Positions 1 through 12,954 of a DNA stretch of 64,000 bases are shown here, in pieces (the stretch's first letter is position 1; each line of letters begins with the position of its first letter). Both the position numbers and the translations under genes were made by a program. Origin of the DNA: Octopus bimaculoides (Eukaryota); assembly GCF_001194135.2 (NCBI RefSeq), contig NC_068981.1, positions 66,706,189-66,770,188 of the forward strand, read 5' to 3'. The notes under the pieces are model-generated. The model made no database searches. It was not told the DNA's origin and worked only from the letters and a program-made list of their open reading frames with translations.

Positions 1-635
1 TTTATACTGTCTGCAGTACTGACTTAAAGTTAAATGAATTCCGATGTCAAGAATCCTTTATATTGTTCATGTACACAACACGGTGCTGTTGACAGGATAT
101 GAACTACTGTTTCGGGTTGTTATTCTGGCTCTTTGTTGCTATCTTAAACTATTTCTGTGGATATTCAATTTGGGTTGGACCCAACAAAGAAGCACTATTG
201 AGTTATATAAACAAAGCCAATATCAAACAATGTAGACCAATTTAAACTTCATGTCTTTAAAAAAATTTTTTTTTATCTCCATTCTTTTTCACTGGCATTC
301 TACCTTGCTCAAGATACAATATCACTCATCCGATAATACTGGATACGTTTTTACATATCGCATACACTAGACATGCAATATGTTTTGGTGTGAGCTTATG
401 GTACTTAGTTCTTTATAGTTTCTCATTGAATGGGAAGACACAGATAAACTCTCCCCTCTACTCCCCCACCCCACCTCAGTGTAATTTGAACTCAGAATCT
501 TTAAGTATTGATTGAAATACAAAATGGAACTTAACTTTGTTTTTTGGCAACTTGTACATTTTCATTCTCTTTCTTTCTCTTTCTATTCTCTTTTTCCCCT
601 CTGCCTGTCTGTCTCTCACACATGCATACACTATA

Positions 636-667
<32 letters not shown>

Positions 668-1384
668 TCATGGAAACATGTATATATAAGAATGAACATG
701 GGCACATACACACATGAGCACACACACAAGCATGCACATGCACATGAGCTTGCACACATACATGCCAACACATTCTATTAGAAACCAATGATATTTTCCT
801 ATTTAAGTATCAAAGTATTTTATATGCATGCATGCATACATATATACATTCTATANNNNNNNNNNATATATATATATATATACATACACACACATACATA
901 CATACAGGTATATATGTAAATGTAGGTGTATGTGTGTATATATACATATATAAATATATACATATATATGCATTCATAATGTATGTATGCATGTGTGTTT
1001 TTACACAGACACACACACATACATGCAGATATGCATATATACACATGTATACACACATACTTTCTGGGACTTCAAATGTCTGTGTGTCTTTGTTTGCAAA
1101 TGTACACATTTACATCCACATTAAAATGCAGGGCAACTTTTTCTTTCTTTTTCTTCCTTCTTTGATCCCCCCCCCATCCTTTGTCCCCCCCATCCTACCC
1201 CCTCCTCTGTTAATGGGTGATGATTTGAAGAATGATTCTAAATCTGATGCAGTTTTGTGATTAGAATGTTTTTTGATCTTTCCTTACTTTACCTCTGCTA
1301 CTTGCCCTCATTGTGCTTCTATTGCTCATATTGATTTTAGTTTTTCTCACAGTGATTGTATCCAGAATTGAAGATTAGTTTTAC

Positions 1385-1610
1385 TCTTCTCTCCTCCTCT
1401 CTCCATCTTCTCTCCTCCTCTCTCCATCTTCTCTCCTCCTCTCTCCATCTTCTCTCCTCCTCTCTCCATCTTCTCTCCTCCTCTCTCCATCTTCTCTCCT
1501 NNNNNNNNNNCTCTTCTCTCCTCCTCTCTCCATCTTCTCTCCTCCTCTCTCCATCTTCTCTCCTCCTCTCTCCATCTTCTCTCCTCCTCTCTCCATCTTC
1601 TCTCCTTCTT
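1385..1610. repeat. 21-bp pyrimidine minisatellite (tcttctctcctcctctctcca)n
   Basis: Direct inspection; interrupted by a 10-N gap. Confidence 0.95.
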
Positions 1611-1796
1611 CCTCACTCTGTCCTCTTTACTATTTTTTTTTACATATGTATGTATTATATATTTATTTTATTTTTCAACGCAATTCTTTTTCTCACCTCT
1701 CTCTCTTACTCTCAAAGGAATGTTTAGTAATAATATGTTGGCATATTATTATCAATTACAGTAACAGCTGTAAGGTGTCTTTGAACTTAATAGCCT

Positions 1797-1958
1797 TTAA
1801 ATAGCAGTAGAGGAGTTGGTCTTATTTGCTTCCGTCTGATTCATTTGTCTGTCTTGGCCTGTTGTTGTGCTTGCTTTGCTTTCGTTCTGTCCACCTTCGC
1901 CATTCTCAGAAGTTTGGTTACATTCACTGTGATTGCGAACGAAATTGAGGTGTTATGT
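1797..1958 (-). CDS. Candidate terminal exon of the unidentified minus-strand gene (two possible acceptors)
   Basis: GC-richer, codon-like island. The acceptor ttttatttcatttcattttatttag at 1959 gives HNTSISFAITVNVTKLLRMAKVDRTKAKQAQQQAKTDK* (stop 1841-43). The acceptor cacag at 1927 gives ECNQTSENGEGGQNESKASTTTGQDRQMNQTEANKTNSSTAI* (stop 1797-99). Confidence 0.45.
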
Positions 1959-2196
1959 CTAAATAAAATGAAATGAAATAAAATAAACTAATTGGTTTGA
2001 ATTAGTCTAGTTCTATTTGTCTGTTTGACACTTTAAATGATGACTGTGCAATTTGTGTACTCTCTCTCTCTCTCTCTCTCTCGCACGCACACACACACAC
2101 ACACATTACTCTTACTCACATATACATACACATACACACACATACACACATTATCACCTCTCCTTTCTGATACAGGCAAACACAAAATACACATAC

Positions 2197-2271
2197 CCAC
2201 TAAAACAGCAGTGGAATTGGTTGCTGCACATGGCCCAAATTCTGTGATGAATTGCCAAGTACGCACCAATT
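2197..2271 (-). CDS. Candidate 75-nt exon of the unidentified minus-strand gene
   Basis: Acceptor cttttaatag and donor GG|gtatgt. Open in two frames: IGAYLAIHHRIWAMCSNQFHCCFS(G) or LVRTWQFITEFGPCAATNSTAVLV. Confidence 0.45.
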
Positions 2272-2497
2272 CTATTAAAAGCTGAGTATTGAGACAATTT
2301 TCACACTTCTTCAGTTCATAATGCTTTATTTCTTTCACAAGTCACTGGAAAAGTTTTCAGCTATATGGAAACAGATTGCATGGGGAAACAAATGTAGCAT
2401 TACAATACACCTTTGCCTTTCCTCCTTGCCCATAAAATGAGGTGTTTCATTATAATCCCATAAGGGAGGTTCTCTGCAGCAGCCAAATTTCCTTTAA

Positions 2498-2756
2498 CCC
2501 TTTAGCATTTAAACCAGTCATATCTGGCCCAAATATTCTACTTGTTTTATGCTCAAACTGACCAGATCCATCCTCTCACACTTCCTCTACAATGTCATTT
2601 TTAAAATATACAGTCACATCATTGAAATCTCAAAGCTATGAGATAATGAATAATTTATTCAAAACAATGTGATTAAATAAACATTACATTTGACAGAGTT
2701 AATCTGAATGCTGAAATAAGGAATTCATTTGATAGAGAAATCTGAATGCTAAAGGG
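2498..2756 (+). mobile_element. piggyBac-like MITE, family 1
   Basis: TTAA|ccctttagcatt ... aatgctaaaggg|TCAA. An inverted homolog lies at 47641-47860. Confidence 0.8.
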
Positions 2757-3718
2757 TCAAATCACAACCTACTGTCTTAAGAAAGGACACTTTGGATAAC
2801 GTGGTATTGGATTCTCTGAATATATTAAAGTCTACTCTCTCAGGTTTGACCTATGGCTAAACAACTGCAATAATTGGTTCAAATCCAGTCAGTGAGCCTG
2901 TAAATTATTCTTGTGTCAAATTACTGCTTATACAGTCTAATAACATTTTGTAAATACTTGCATACATATATATACACATGCATGGCTACATACATACATA
3001 CATGCAAACCTGAAATATACATATTAAATGACTTCTAACTATCACTATTTGGTTTGACTTCTTTATTACATTTGGTTTGATTTCATTGTATGATTCAATA
3101 TCAGCACAAACTAGCTGGACCTAACTCCACTTATATGGATACTCTAACAAAGATTTCTCGTAGTTTGTTATATTTGACTTGGGTTGAAAATCCTGGTAGC
3201 ATGCACCACTTTTTAATGTAACATGGAAGATATATATATATATATNNNNNNNNNNNNNNNNNNNNNNNNNNNNNNNNNNNNNNNNNNNNNNNNNNNNNNN
3301 NNNNNNNNNNNNNNNNNNNNNNNNNNNNNNNNNNNNNNNNNNNNNNNNNNNNNNNNNNNNNNNNNNNNNNNNNNNNNNNNNNNNNNNNNNNNNNNNNNNN
3401 NNNNNNNNNNNNNNNNNNNNNNNNNNNNNNNNNNNNNNNNNNNNNNNNNNNNNNNNNNNNNNNNNNNNNNNNNNNNNNNNNNNNNNNNNNNNNNNNNNNN
3501 NNNNNNNNNNNNNNNNNNNNNNNNNNNNNNNNNNNNNNNNNNNNNNNNNNNNNNNNNNNNNNNNNNNNNNNNNNNNNNNNNNNNNNNNNNNNNNNNNNNN
3601 NNNNNNNNNNNNNNNNNNNNNNNNNNNNNNNNNNNNNNNNNNNNNNNNNNNNNNNNNNNNNNNNNNNNNNNNNNNNNNNNNNNNNNNNNNNNNNNNNNNN
3701 NNNNNNNNNNNNNNNNNN

Positions 3719-3758
<40 letters not shown>

Positions 3759-3833
3759 CTTAATAATTAAGGATAAAATCTTAAGATTTTATGAAGTAAT
3801 GAGCATGTATAAGTAATTTTTAATACGAGTACA

Positions 3834-3873
<40 letters not shown>

Positions 3874-4321
3874 TTTTAAGGGCTCTTTTGAGTAGGATCA
3901 CATGTGGTCCTACTTGGAGAGCCCTTATTATTATAATCATATATATATATATATATGTATATATATAATTATGATACATTGCTAAGTTAAGATTCACTCG
4001 TTTTTTTCTATCTTTTGTACATTCATTCGCCATTAACACTTTAAATGTATTACTTACTAACAGCTAGTTTTCATAAGCTAACCATTTAAACTGTCCCCTC
4101 AAAATATAATTTTATCTCTCATGTAATTTCATTAAGATAATTACTCATTTCTCGACCTGTTTAAATTCATTATTATTACCATTATTTTCGTCCCTCGTAC
4201 CATGTCCCCGAACTAAACTTTGTTTGTGGTGCGTCCTCTCTCTCCCGCCCCACCACTAATACTGGATAACTGTTTTTCCACCATCTACACCGGATATCTC
4301 TCTCCTCCCACCACCATTACC

Positions 4322-4560
4322 TGACGAATAGTTAATAAGGGCTGTACAGGCCCTATAGAGAGATGCTGTTAGTAGGGTTTGGAAATGAGTATAGTGAAGA
4401 CTTCTGGGTAGAAGTAGGGGTCCACCACATATCAGCCCTCAGCCCCCTCTTTATTCATCATAGTCCTCCAGGCAATAACAGAGGAATTCAAGACAGGTTG
4501 CCCCTGGGAGCTCCTCTATGCTGATGACCTGGCCCTCATAGCAGAATCACTACAGAATTC
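4322..4560 (+). mobile_element. RTE-clade LINE fragment, RT core
   Basis: LIRAVQAL*RDA..EVGVH..ALSP/LFIIVLQAITEEFKTGCPWELLYADDLALIAES, with YADD at 4517-4528. Contains stops and frameshifts. Confidence 0.85.
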
Positions 4561-5447
4561 AGGCAACAGCTACTGAAGGGAGATTGGTATCCTCCTTTAC
4601 TTTCTTCTTCAAGTGTCTGTAATTGAGATGTGTTTTAACATGTCTTGGCCAGAATCTCTTTGTACTCCATTAGCTTTGGTAGGTTCTCAATGTTCTCATG
4701 TTGTGTTTTTGAGAATGACATCAATGTAGTTGAATAGTCTTCATCATCTGTTAAGGTACCAAAGTCTCCTATGACATCTGATATAGCCTGGTGTTCCACA
4801 CAATAACTATGGCCAACAGAATTTACCCTGCATTGCTATTGTTGCACAAGATTTTGCCAAAAATTAATATTTATTTACTAATTTTAAAGTTTCATGACAT
4901 ACTGCTATATGTTTCTGTCTACCAGTGTTATAACACACACACACACGCACACACACACACAAACAAATCTGCTTCATGTCTGTGAAGCAGAATTATTATC
5001 AACGTTGTTGTTCAACTCCAGGTAGAACCTGATTATGCAAATCTGTCATTAAAGGAGTTCCATTTGCAACTGCCAGGTTCCCCTCTCCCCTACTATACAT
5101 ATAATATCAAAAGCTCTATTATTTAATACACCCCTTCTTTTTTTTAAGAATGCAAAAATAGTTTGAGTGGGACTGGGCTGCTATTCCTAGCACGAATATT
5201 TCTGCTCAAATTGAGTTGAGTTATGTGTTGCTGTAAAATTTTTGAATTTATGACTAAACAGCATCTGCACTATATATCATTCATTATAATAATAATAATA
5301 AGGAAGCAAAAAATATGGGAATGGAGGAATCATCCCTAGAATTGAAGGTTAGTAGTGATGGCTTGTGTTAGCAAAATCGATGACGAAAACAAAACCCACT
5401 TAATCAAATTCATAAAATGAAATAAGGTCCTGCCTGTCAGAACTCAC

Positions 5448-5471
5448 CTGTCATCATCCAGATATCTATAT
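5448..5471 (-). CDS. Candidate microexon (18 or 24 nt)
   Basis: Consensus donor CAG|gtgagt, with AG acceptors at 5466-67 and 5472-73 next to a (TA)n tract. Reads (YR)YLDDD(R) or (ID)IWMMT(E), both in phase with the 2197-2271 exon. Confidence 0.3.
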
Positions 5472-5476
5472 CTATA

Positions 5477-5553
<77 letters not shown>

Positions 5554-5995
5554 TTTTCATCTCTCTCACACTGCAAATACTACACGGAATATTTGAATTG
5601 AATTGAGATTCCTCTTGTATCATGAGTCATGATGTTAACCTTACCATTCTGATATCAATTTGCTTTAGACTTCTGCCCCTGAAGTGATTATATTTGAAAA
5701 ATAATTTCAACCTTTCTGTCATAATTTTATGTAAGAACAATTTTTTTTTATTGAGTTCTGTTTTAAACTGTCAACTTAATGCTAGAGGAGTTTGCTATTT
5801 TATTAAATCCCTCAGTATCATGATAATAAAAACAAGAAATAGAAAAAGAAAAAATCTTAATTGAAACATATAGACAGTGTATTTTATTAGGAATATGCTC
5901 GCAGAAGGGTTAAAAAAAGGTATGCCTGATCTATTGCAGTTAGCTAGAGGATTTCATTCTTGTTTCCTCTCTCTTCTATTACCTCTTGTGAATGT

Positions 5996-6338
5996 GCATG
6001 GCTCAGTGGTTAGAGCATCAGGCTCACAATCATGAGGTCGTGAGTTTGATTCTTGGTCTGGGCTCTGTGTTGTGTTCTTGAGCAAGACACTTTATTAAAT
6101 GTTGCCCCAGTTTACTCAGCTGTAGAAATGAGTTGCAACATCATTGGTGCCAAGCTGTATTGGCCTTTGCTTTTCCCTTGGATATAACACTGGTGGCGTG
6201 GAGAGGAGGAGGCTGGTATGCATAGGCGACTACTGGTCTTCCATAAACAACCTAAACCTGGACTTGTGCCTCAGGGGGGAACTTTCTAGGTGCAACCCCA
6301 TGGTCATTCATGACCAAAGGGGGGGGGTCTTTATTACC
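5996..6338 (+). mobile_element. tRNA-derived SINE family A, full length
   Basis: A box TGGCTCAGTGG and B box GTTTGATTC. Other copies lie at 43073-43425 (+), 38585-38922 (-), and degenerate at 29830-30135 and 37415-37600. Confidence 0.85.
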
Positions 6339-6687
6339 TCTCACTCTATCTCTGTTTTTCTCTCATTCATTTACTCAGCTTGTCTTAAATAAATAAATAA
6401 GACAAATTATAAAAATATCTGACATTTTAGCGAGAGTTTAGCTTTCCAAACAATTAAGCAGCTGTGAGATAAAATCTCTCCATGGATAGGTTGCTAATTT
6501 ATTTGCCAGTAACACTCCCAGGTTTCATAGTACTTCTCAACAGTGTGGCAAACAAAAATAGTGCCAGAATTAAATGTACTGCCCAAATACCCTATAAGAT
6601 GATTGGAACTCAGAATCTATAAGACCTATAAGATGTTTGTCCAATCTTATATCCACATAGCCACTTCATTTCTATTATGCCTTTCTC

Positions 6688-6930
6688 TCTTTCCCCCTAC
6701 TCTCTCCCTCTTACTCTCTCCCCCCTACTCTCTCCCTCTTACTCTCTCCCCCCTACTCTCTCCCCCTACTCTCTCCCCCCTACTCTCTCCCCCNNNNNNN
6801 NNNNNNNNNNNNNNNNNNNNNNNNNNNNNNNNNNNNNNNNNNNNNNNNNNNNNNNNNNNNNNNNNNNNNNNNNNNNNNNNNNNNNNNNNNNNNNNNNNNN
6901 NNNNNNNNCTACTCCCCTACCCCCCACTCT
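6688..6930. repeat. Pyrimidine minisatellite (ctactctctcccc)n
   Basis: Direct inspection; spans a gap. Confidence 0.9.
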
Positions 6931-7415
6931 CATTGTATAAATTTATCTATACCTTTTTCCCTCTTCAATCTCTGACAGGTTCTCATTACAACGAACATCT
7001 CTGTTCATTGTTCTCTCCTTTCTCTCTATTTCTCTGTAGTCCTTGCTCTCCTGCATCATTCTCCTCTGTACAAGTACCTCTTAATTTGTTGCACATCTCA
7101 CCCTCTCAGCATTTAATTATGTGTATCATTCTTTATCTCTCATCTATTATTTCTTCTTACCATTTCTCTCTCTCTCTCTCTCTCTCTCTATTTTCTTCTT
7201 ATTTCTCTCTCTACATCTTTCACTACACCTCATTATACTTTTCTGTAAATCACTTTCTCTCTCACTCATCCATCATTTCTCCTTATCAGTCTTTTGTTTC
7301 TTGTCTCTCTCTTGTCTCTCTCTCCAGCTTTTCCCATCTTGATTTTTCAACTCCTCCTTTTCCTCCTCTGTACATCTAATACTTTTCTTTACTACCTCCT
7401 ACCACTGTCTTTCAT

Positions 7416-7463
<48 letters not shown>

Positions 7464-8129
7464 GTTTTCTCATTATGGCTCCTGTTCTCTCCCTCTCTCT
7501 TCTGTCTCTACGTTGTTTGCTCTCTTCCTTTTCTTTCCATGTCTTATACTTTCACTCTTATCACTCACTCTGTCTTTTTACCTGTCTGATCCTCTCTTTC
7601 TCTTACTACTAACCTATGCCTACCTTCTTCCTTTCTTCTGTCTATTTTCTTCTAATCTGTCCATCCATGGTTCTGTTTTACCTGTCTATGTAGTTATATC
7701 TTAATGGTAGGACCTCACTGTTATGATATAGAATGTTAATAAACTTTGATTAACCGACATTATCCATGTGATTAGTTGACAAAAACTCCCTTTAGTGGTG
7801 TTCAAAATGATTCCAGCAGTATCAATTGATCAAAATGTTTGGAAAATAAAGATGATGCTGATGGGAAATTCATGTCATTACATTCCCTTTATCTATGTAT
7901 ATACTGAGTCTAACCAACTGAACTGAATATGCTTAGCTGAGGAGATCTAATGAGACTGAAACAATATTGGTTTGTCAATTATTATCATATTTCACTCATT
8001 TGTTGTTCGTTTTATGTCTTTTTTTTTCTTCAATGCTGGCATGACTTTGGGTGAGGTGTTTTTTGAGGCAAGATTTTACAGCTCTACCTGAAGACCATCA
8101 TGTATATCCTCCTCTTCTACCTTCTCCTC

Positions 8130-9065
8130 CTCATTATCATTATCATCAACATCATTGCCATCATTCCACGACTTCCATGCTGATGTGAGTTGAATGGTTT
8201 GACAGGATCTGACTGGTTGGAGGACTGCATTGAGCTCCAATGTCTACTTTGTCATGGTTTCAAGGGCTGAATGCTCTTCTTAATGACACTCATTTTACAG
8301 AGTATACTAAGTGCTTTTTTTCGTGGCTCCAGCACTAGTGAGATTACCAAGTAATTTACAACACCCCCACCTCATCTGAAGGGTTTTAGTAGAAAAGAAA
8401 AATGATAGCTTTATATACTAGGTGTTGACTGATGTAGAGGAAATACATGGTTATTCCATTTTATATAAAGGTAGGTGGATGTGTCTAGAGAGATAAAGAT
8501 GGTGATGTGGTGGCAGTGTTATACCCTGAAGGTGCAAGAAGGTGAATAAAAGAGAGAATAGGGATGGAAGATTGATAAGGATAGGAGGTGTAAGTTTACA
8601 AAAATGGGAAATGAGAGTGACAGGTGGTTAGAGATAGAAGGAGGGGTTAATGTAGTGATTGGTGAGCAAGGATGGAAGTGTGGTCAGTGGTAATAAGTTG
8701 CTGCATCCAAAAGGGAGCAGTAGCTGGTGACACAGAAAGGGTAATCATTGGGAATTACTGTGGGAAGAGATGATATTGAGACTGTGGGATGAATGGCATA
8801 GGGAAGTGTTTCCAAGGAGAGGGATAACTTGTAACACAGAAGGGGATGGAATATGTAGTTCTACTCTTGTATAATAGCAACAGTCGAATAATGTTGTAGA
8901 GTTAGAAGAGTGATGGAGGGATGAGTAATAGGAAGAGGGGAGGGTGGAAAAATTCTGACAAGAACTGTGTTGGTGTGGAGGTGAGGCTCCTTGCATGTAT
9001 AGACATAAACATAATGCTTTCAGTACCACTATTTTGCCATGGTGGCTGGGTCTTCTCATGCGCAG
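8130..9065 (-). mobile_element. Unclassified repeat: long purine/pyrimidine-skewed body joined to an RTE-type tail
   Basis: The + strand is G/A-rich over 8400-9060 and the tail lies at 8130-8360. A similar architecture is seen at 34596-35345, 59950-60470 (body only) and 63100-63965. Confidence 0.45.
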
Positions 9066-9233
9066 AAAATTGCTAAATCATCTGGCCCTTAATTATTTCT
9101 TCCATGAGGCTCAACATCTTGTTAATAGTCTTCACTACTTTGTCCCTGTTTTCTTGGATCCCTTTTACTAAAGATTCCATCCACATTTAGTAGTTGGAAC
9201 TTCTTACAGCTGCTTTCATGCACACACACACAC

Positions 9234-9278
<45 letters not shown>

Positions 9279-9334
9279 NNNNNNNNNNNNNNNNNNNNNN
9301 NNNNNNNNNNNNNNNNNNNNNNNNNNNNNNNNNN

Positions 9335-9385
<51 letters not shown>

Positions 9386-9548
9386 CATGCCCATATGAAT
9401 GCAGCCTTCTCTCTTGCACACTGCATCTGATTCCCCTTCTGTGCATATGTATTTTGCCATACATGCACACTAACATTACACTTTCACTGGAGCATGGCAG
9501 TCTTCTAGTTTTCACATGTTAACTGTATTCAGCACCCATGCCTCCGCT

Positions 9549-9594
<46 letters not shown>

Positions 9595-11099
9595 AAACAC
9601 GTGTTTACATATTCTTTGAATATTACGGGATACAAGTGGTGTTGCTGTTGTGATTTCTTCTACTAAAAAAAATTCATCTGCTGGCTTTGTACCTCCAAAG
9701 ACATGTGAAGCAAGAAATCCATTACTTGATCTCATCAAGATCTATGAAGTAGACACAACTAGACACCTGTGGGTATGCAGTTTATTGAGACAGGTTTAGT
9801 AAACTGAATCATCTTAATTTGGACGAATTCTGTAAATTAAATTCTTCCTATACAAAGTTGTATTTCTTCCACTCTAAGAAATTATTATTATTGTTTCAGT
9901 CACATTTCCTACTTTTACTGTTCTGCTACTGAGCACAGTTTTTGTTCCTATTTTGTTACATGTGAATCATATAATCACTTATTTTCAACCCTGCTATTAA
10001 TATTACAATCATTTCGCATTACAAAATAAATATCACAAATACAGATGTTCACGAAAGGTGATTATGGGTCTAAGAAATGATAATTGTTTATTTTCACCCT
10101 GTATTCATTAATAACAGGGTGGATCTACAGAAATATACAAAATAATTAATTTAACTTAAAGAAATGCTTTAGGATAATTTTTTGGAGTGGAAAATCTATT
10201 TTCTGGTCATCTACTTAGCTCTAATTTCAGGTTCATTGTAACTTGCCATCATGCTGGAAGACATTGAATTTTTGTGTCATTGTTGCTGTTGTTGTTGTTG
10301 GTGGTGGTGTTCATTGAAACAATTTCAGTATGCCCCATATGCAAACTCATTACCACCACCTCAATTACCAACACCTTTATCATCCCTTGTTGATTTCATA
10401 TGTTTTCCAGTGTTTTAGTCATTAACAGAGAACCTAATATTAGAGGGAAGTAGATGACCAAAATATATATTTTCAACAATAACAATTATCTCAGATCATT
10501 CCTTATGGCTGAATCAAACATTTCAGAAAATCATGTGTATGTGTTTCTATAAACCCATTCTAGTATTGATAATAACAGGGTGAAAGATATACAATTACTA
10601 TGTGAAGTTAGTGAGTTTAGGTAAGTTGGTTATGCCATTAGGAGAAGAGAAATCTAATGTTTAATAACTGACCCTTTGTCTGGGAGATGAAAATAAGAAA
10701 TTTTTTTGTTCTCTCTCAGACAAGTGGTCAGCTTTGAAACATCTGATTCCACTTCTCTACAACATACAATCTTATCCAAACTCACAAGCTTCACTGTATA
10801 ATTTTTGCTGATAGAGACCTCCACCAGTTTCTTTAGACTTTGATATTTTTTTTACTTAGTTATCATATTAGCTATCTTAATGTTTTTATTTATGTTTGTA
10901 TTGTTTATTTTACAATAATATCATGAAAGACATGTTCTGTGACTAAGTATGCTTTATACTTAAAAAAAAATTTTTTTTTAGGATATTGTTGTGTAATCTT
11001 GTCAATCTCATTATCTTGTAAACTAATGTATTTTTTAAAAATATACTTAATTTCTTTATCACCAGTGGAGATAACCCATTGCTTTTAGGTTTTCAATCT

Positions 11100-11560
11100 A
11101 CCACTCACTTTGTATATATTTCTTAGTTTTCTCTTTTTTTTTTCCTCTCCATACATTGAAAGTTTTACCAGTTTGTTCAAAGAGTTATTTTCATCTGCCA
11201 GGATTGAAACATCTATAAACAGGCGCATATTTTCTATATGATCTTTAACAATAATGTCTGGGCATTTGAACTTTATCTCTTTGTATGTACAAGAATATCT
11301 CTTACTATTGAAACTCTCACTTTTGAAAACTGTTTGAGGTGTGTAACTTGTGTAAGTTGTGTGATCTGTTTTCTGTACTGATATCATTGTAGAACTATAG
11401 TTTCCAGTATACACAGCTTATCTACCCAGTTTTGATTTATATTTACTTTTGGCTCACTCTGTACAACATGGGTAGTCACTCGTCACTTTGCAATTTCTAT
11501 ACTGTCACTGCAGTTGCTGCAGGTCTCCTTTACTTAATCTTTCTGTTACCATATTTCCAT
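11100..11560 (-). mobile_element. R4/Dong-like retrotransposon remnant (zinc knuckle and restriction-like endonuclease)
   Basis: TCSNCSDSIEI (zinc knuckle), then TPQTVFKSE..KEIKFKCPDIIVKDHIENMRLFIDVSILADENNSLNKLVKLSMY. This matches the motif RPDIxVKD..LIDVSIP.D.N...E.EKxxKY. Confidence 0.7.
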
Positions 11561-12954
11561 TGAAATACTCTATCTTCATTTCAATTAATTTTGCAAATAA
11601 TGAAGAATTTAATAAAATAAATTTTCTGTTATTAAGTTGGTGTTTAGAAATAGATTAACATAAAATTTTGATGGATGGTTTTAATTTAGTTCACTTTTAA
11701 ACTGAAAGTTTGTATCAGGGCAAAGGGTGGTCTCAGGCAGATTGGCATCAAGATAGTAAATTAAAAAAAAAAAAAAATAATAGGTTTTGTTTTCCTTGTT
11801 GTTTTTCCTTGATATTTACTGTTACTGTTGTTTTTGTCTAAGCTTAAACTGAAGCCAAGTAAAGTACTGGAAGCCCTGCATGAAAACTTTTTCAACTCTT
11901 AGGAGAACTTGAACTTCATAAGTTATCTAATATAAAAAATGGATCTGATGGGAAAAATACCATACAGGTCCAAGAGAAGATAAAGGAATTTATGTCAACC
12001 TTTAACATCTTTGAAGAGGCATTATCTAGTGGATGTGAGAGACTTTGGGGGATTGGTTAAGATTGAAGATGTTCATGGGCAACTGTGTAAGATTCAGTTG
12101 GCAAACGATGATCAAAACAGAAGGTGATTGAAGCTTTAGAGGCCTTGATTCTACTTAGGTGGTGGTTTCTGACCCCCTTTGTGTGTTGGTGAATGTTTAT
12201 TTGTGTGCCAAATATTTAAGCTATTTTAATATATTGTAATTATTTTCAAATTCCACTGAGGTTGACTTTGCCTTTTATCTCTTTTGCGGGTTGATAAAAT
12301 GAGTACCAGTAGAGCACTGGGGTCGATATAATCAACTTACCCCCTCCCCCAAAATTTGAGAGCAATATATTGTAATTATGTTTTAAGGGAGCAAACTGAT
12401 AATTATTAGAGCATTAAACAAAATGCTTTGGAGTTTTAACTCTTTCCATTCTAGGTTCAATTCCCACTAAAGTCAGTTTTGCTTTTCATCTTAAGTGTTG
12501 CTACAATAAAGCCCCAGTCAAGGTCAGTGATTGTTAGAGACTTGGACAAAGTGCTTTGTAGTAGTTACTCAGCCTCTTTCCATTCTGTGGTTGTAGGCAG
12601 GTGCAGTGAACTTGTCTGTATTTAGTTGATGAGATGATGTCTTGTAAAAAAATAACCAAAAGAAAACGATAGAAAATCATATTTGTATTCTTCTACAAAT
12701 ATTCTATAGCAATCATGTTGGGGTTGTGAAGTATATCCCTAGGGCCAGGGGTCATTCACTAACATAATATTTCAAAGAAGGAATTATACTTTTCCTCCTT
12801 GCTTATATATATATATCAGAAAAGAGATGACAAAGAAATAAATGATCATCTTATGAACTTCATTAATTTACAACTGTTCCCACTATAGTTGAGTACCTGA
12901 GCAATGCCTTACAGGTTGATCAGAGCCCCAGACATGAAGTGCCTATATATATGG

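Noticed and set aside
1385-1610. Regular repeats as a possible CRISPR array
   Set aside because: Head-to-tail minisatellite with no spacers, in a eukaryotic context.
3223-3816. Long ORFs that run through N gaps (also 14689-15240, 39937-40695, 42081-42493, 54950-55408, 60907-61296)
   Set aside because: They are open only because N runs and (TA)n/(CA)n tracts contain no stops.
5890-5918. 29-nt + strand exon-like segment (EYARRRVKK or NMLAEGLKK)
   Set aside because: Too short to support without expression data, and no link to LAGE3 or another protein.
5996-6070. tRNA-like sequences with A and B boxes
   Set aside because: They continue into multi-copy SINE bodies and show no intact cloverleaf, so they are SINE heads rather than tRNA genes.
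9605-9737. Possible minus-strand exon ILMRSSNGFLASHVFGGTKPADEFF...
   Set aside because: Splice sites are moderate, several alternative boundaries exist and there is no recognisable homology. It cannot be separated from chance.
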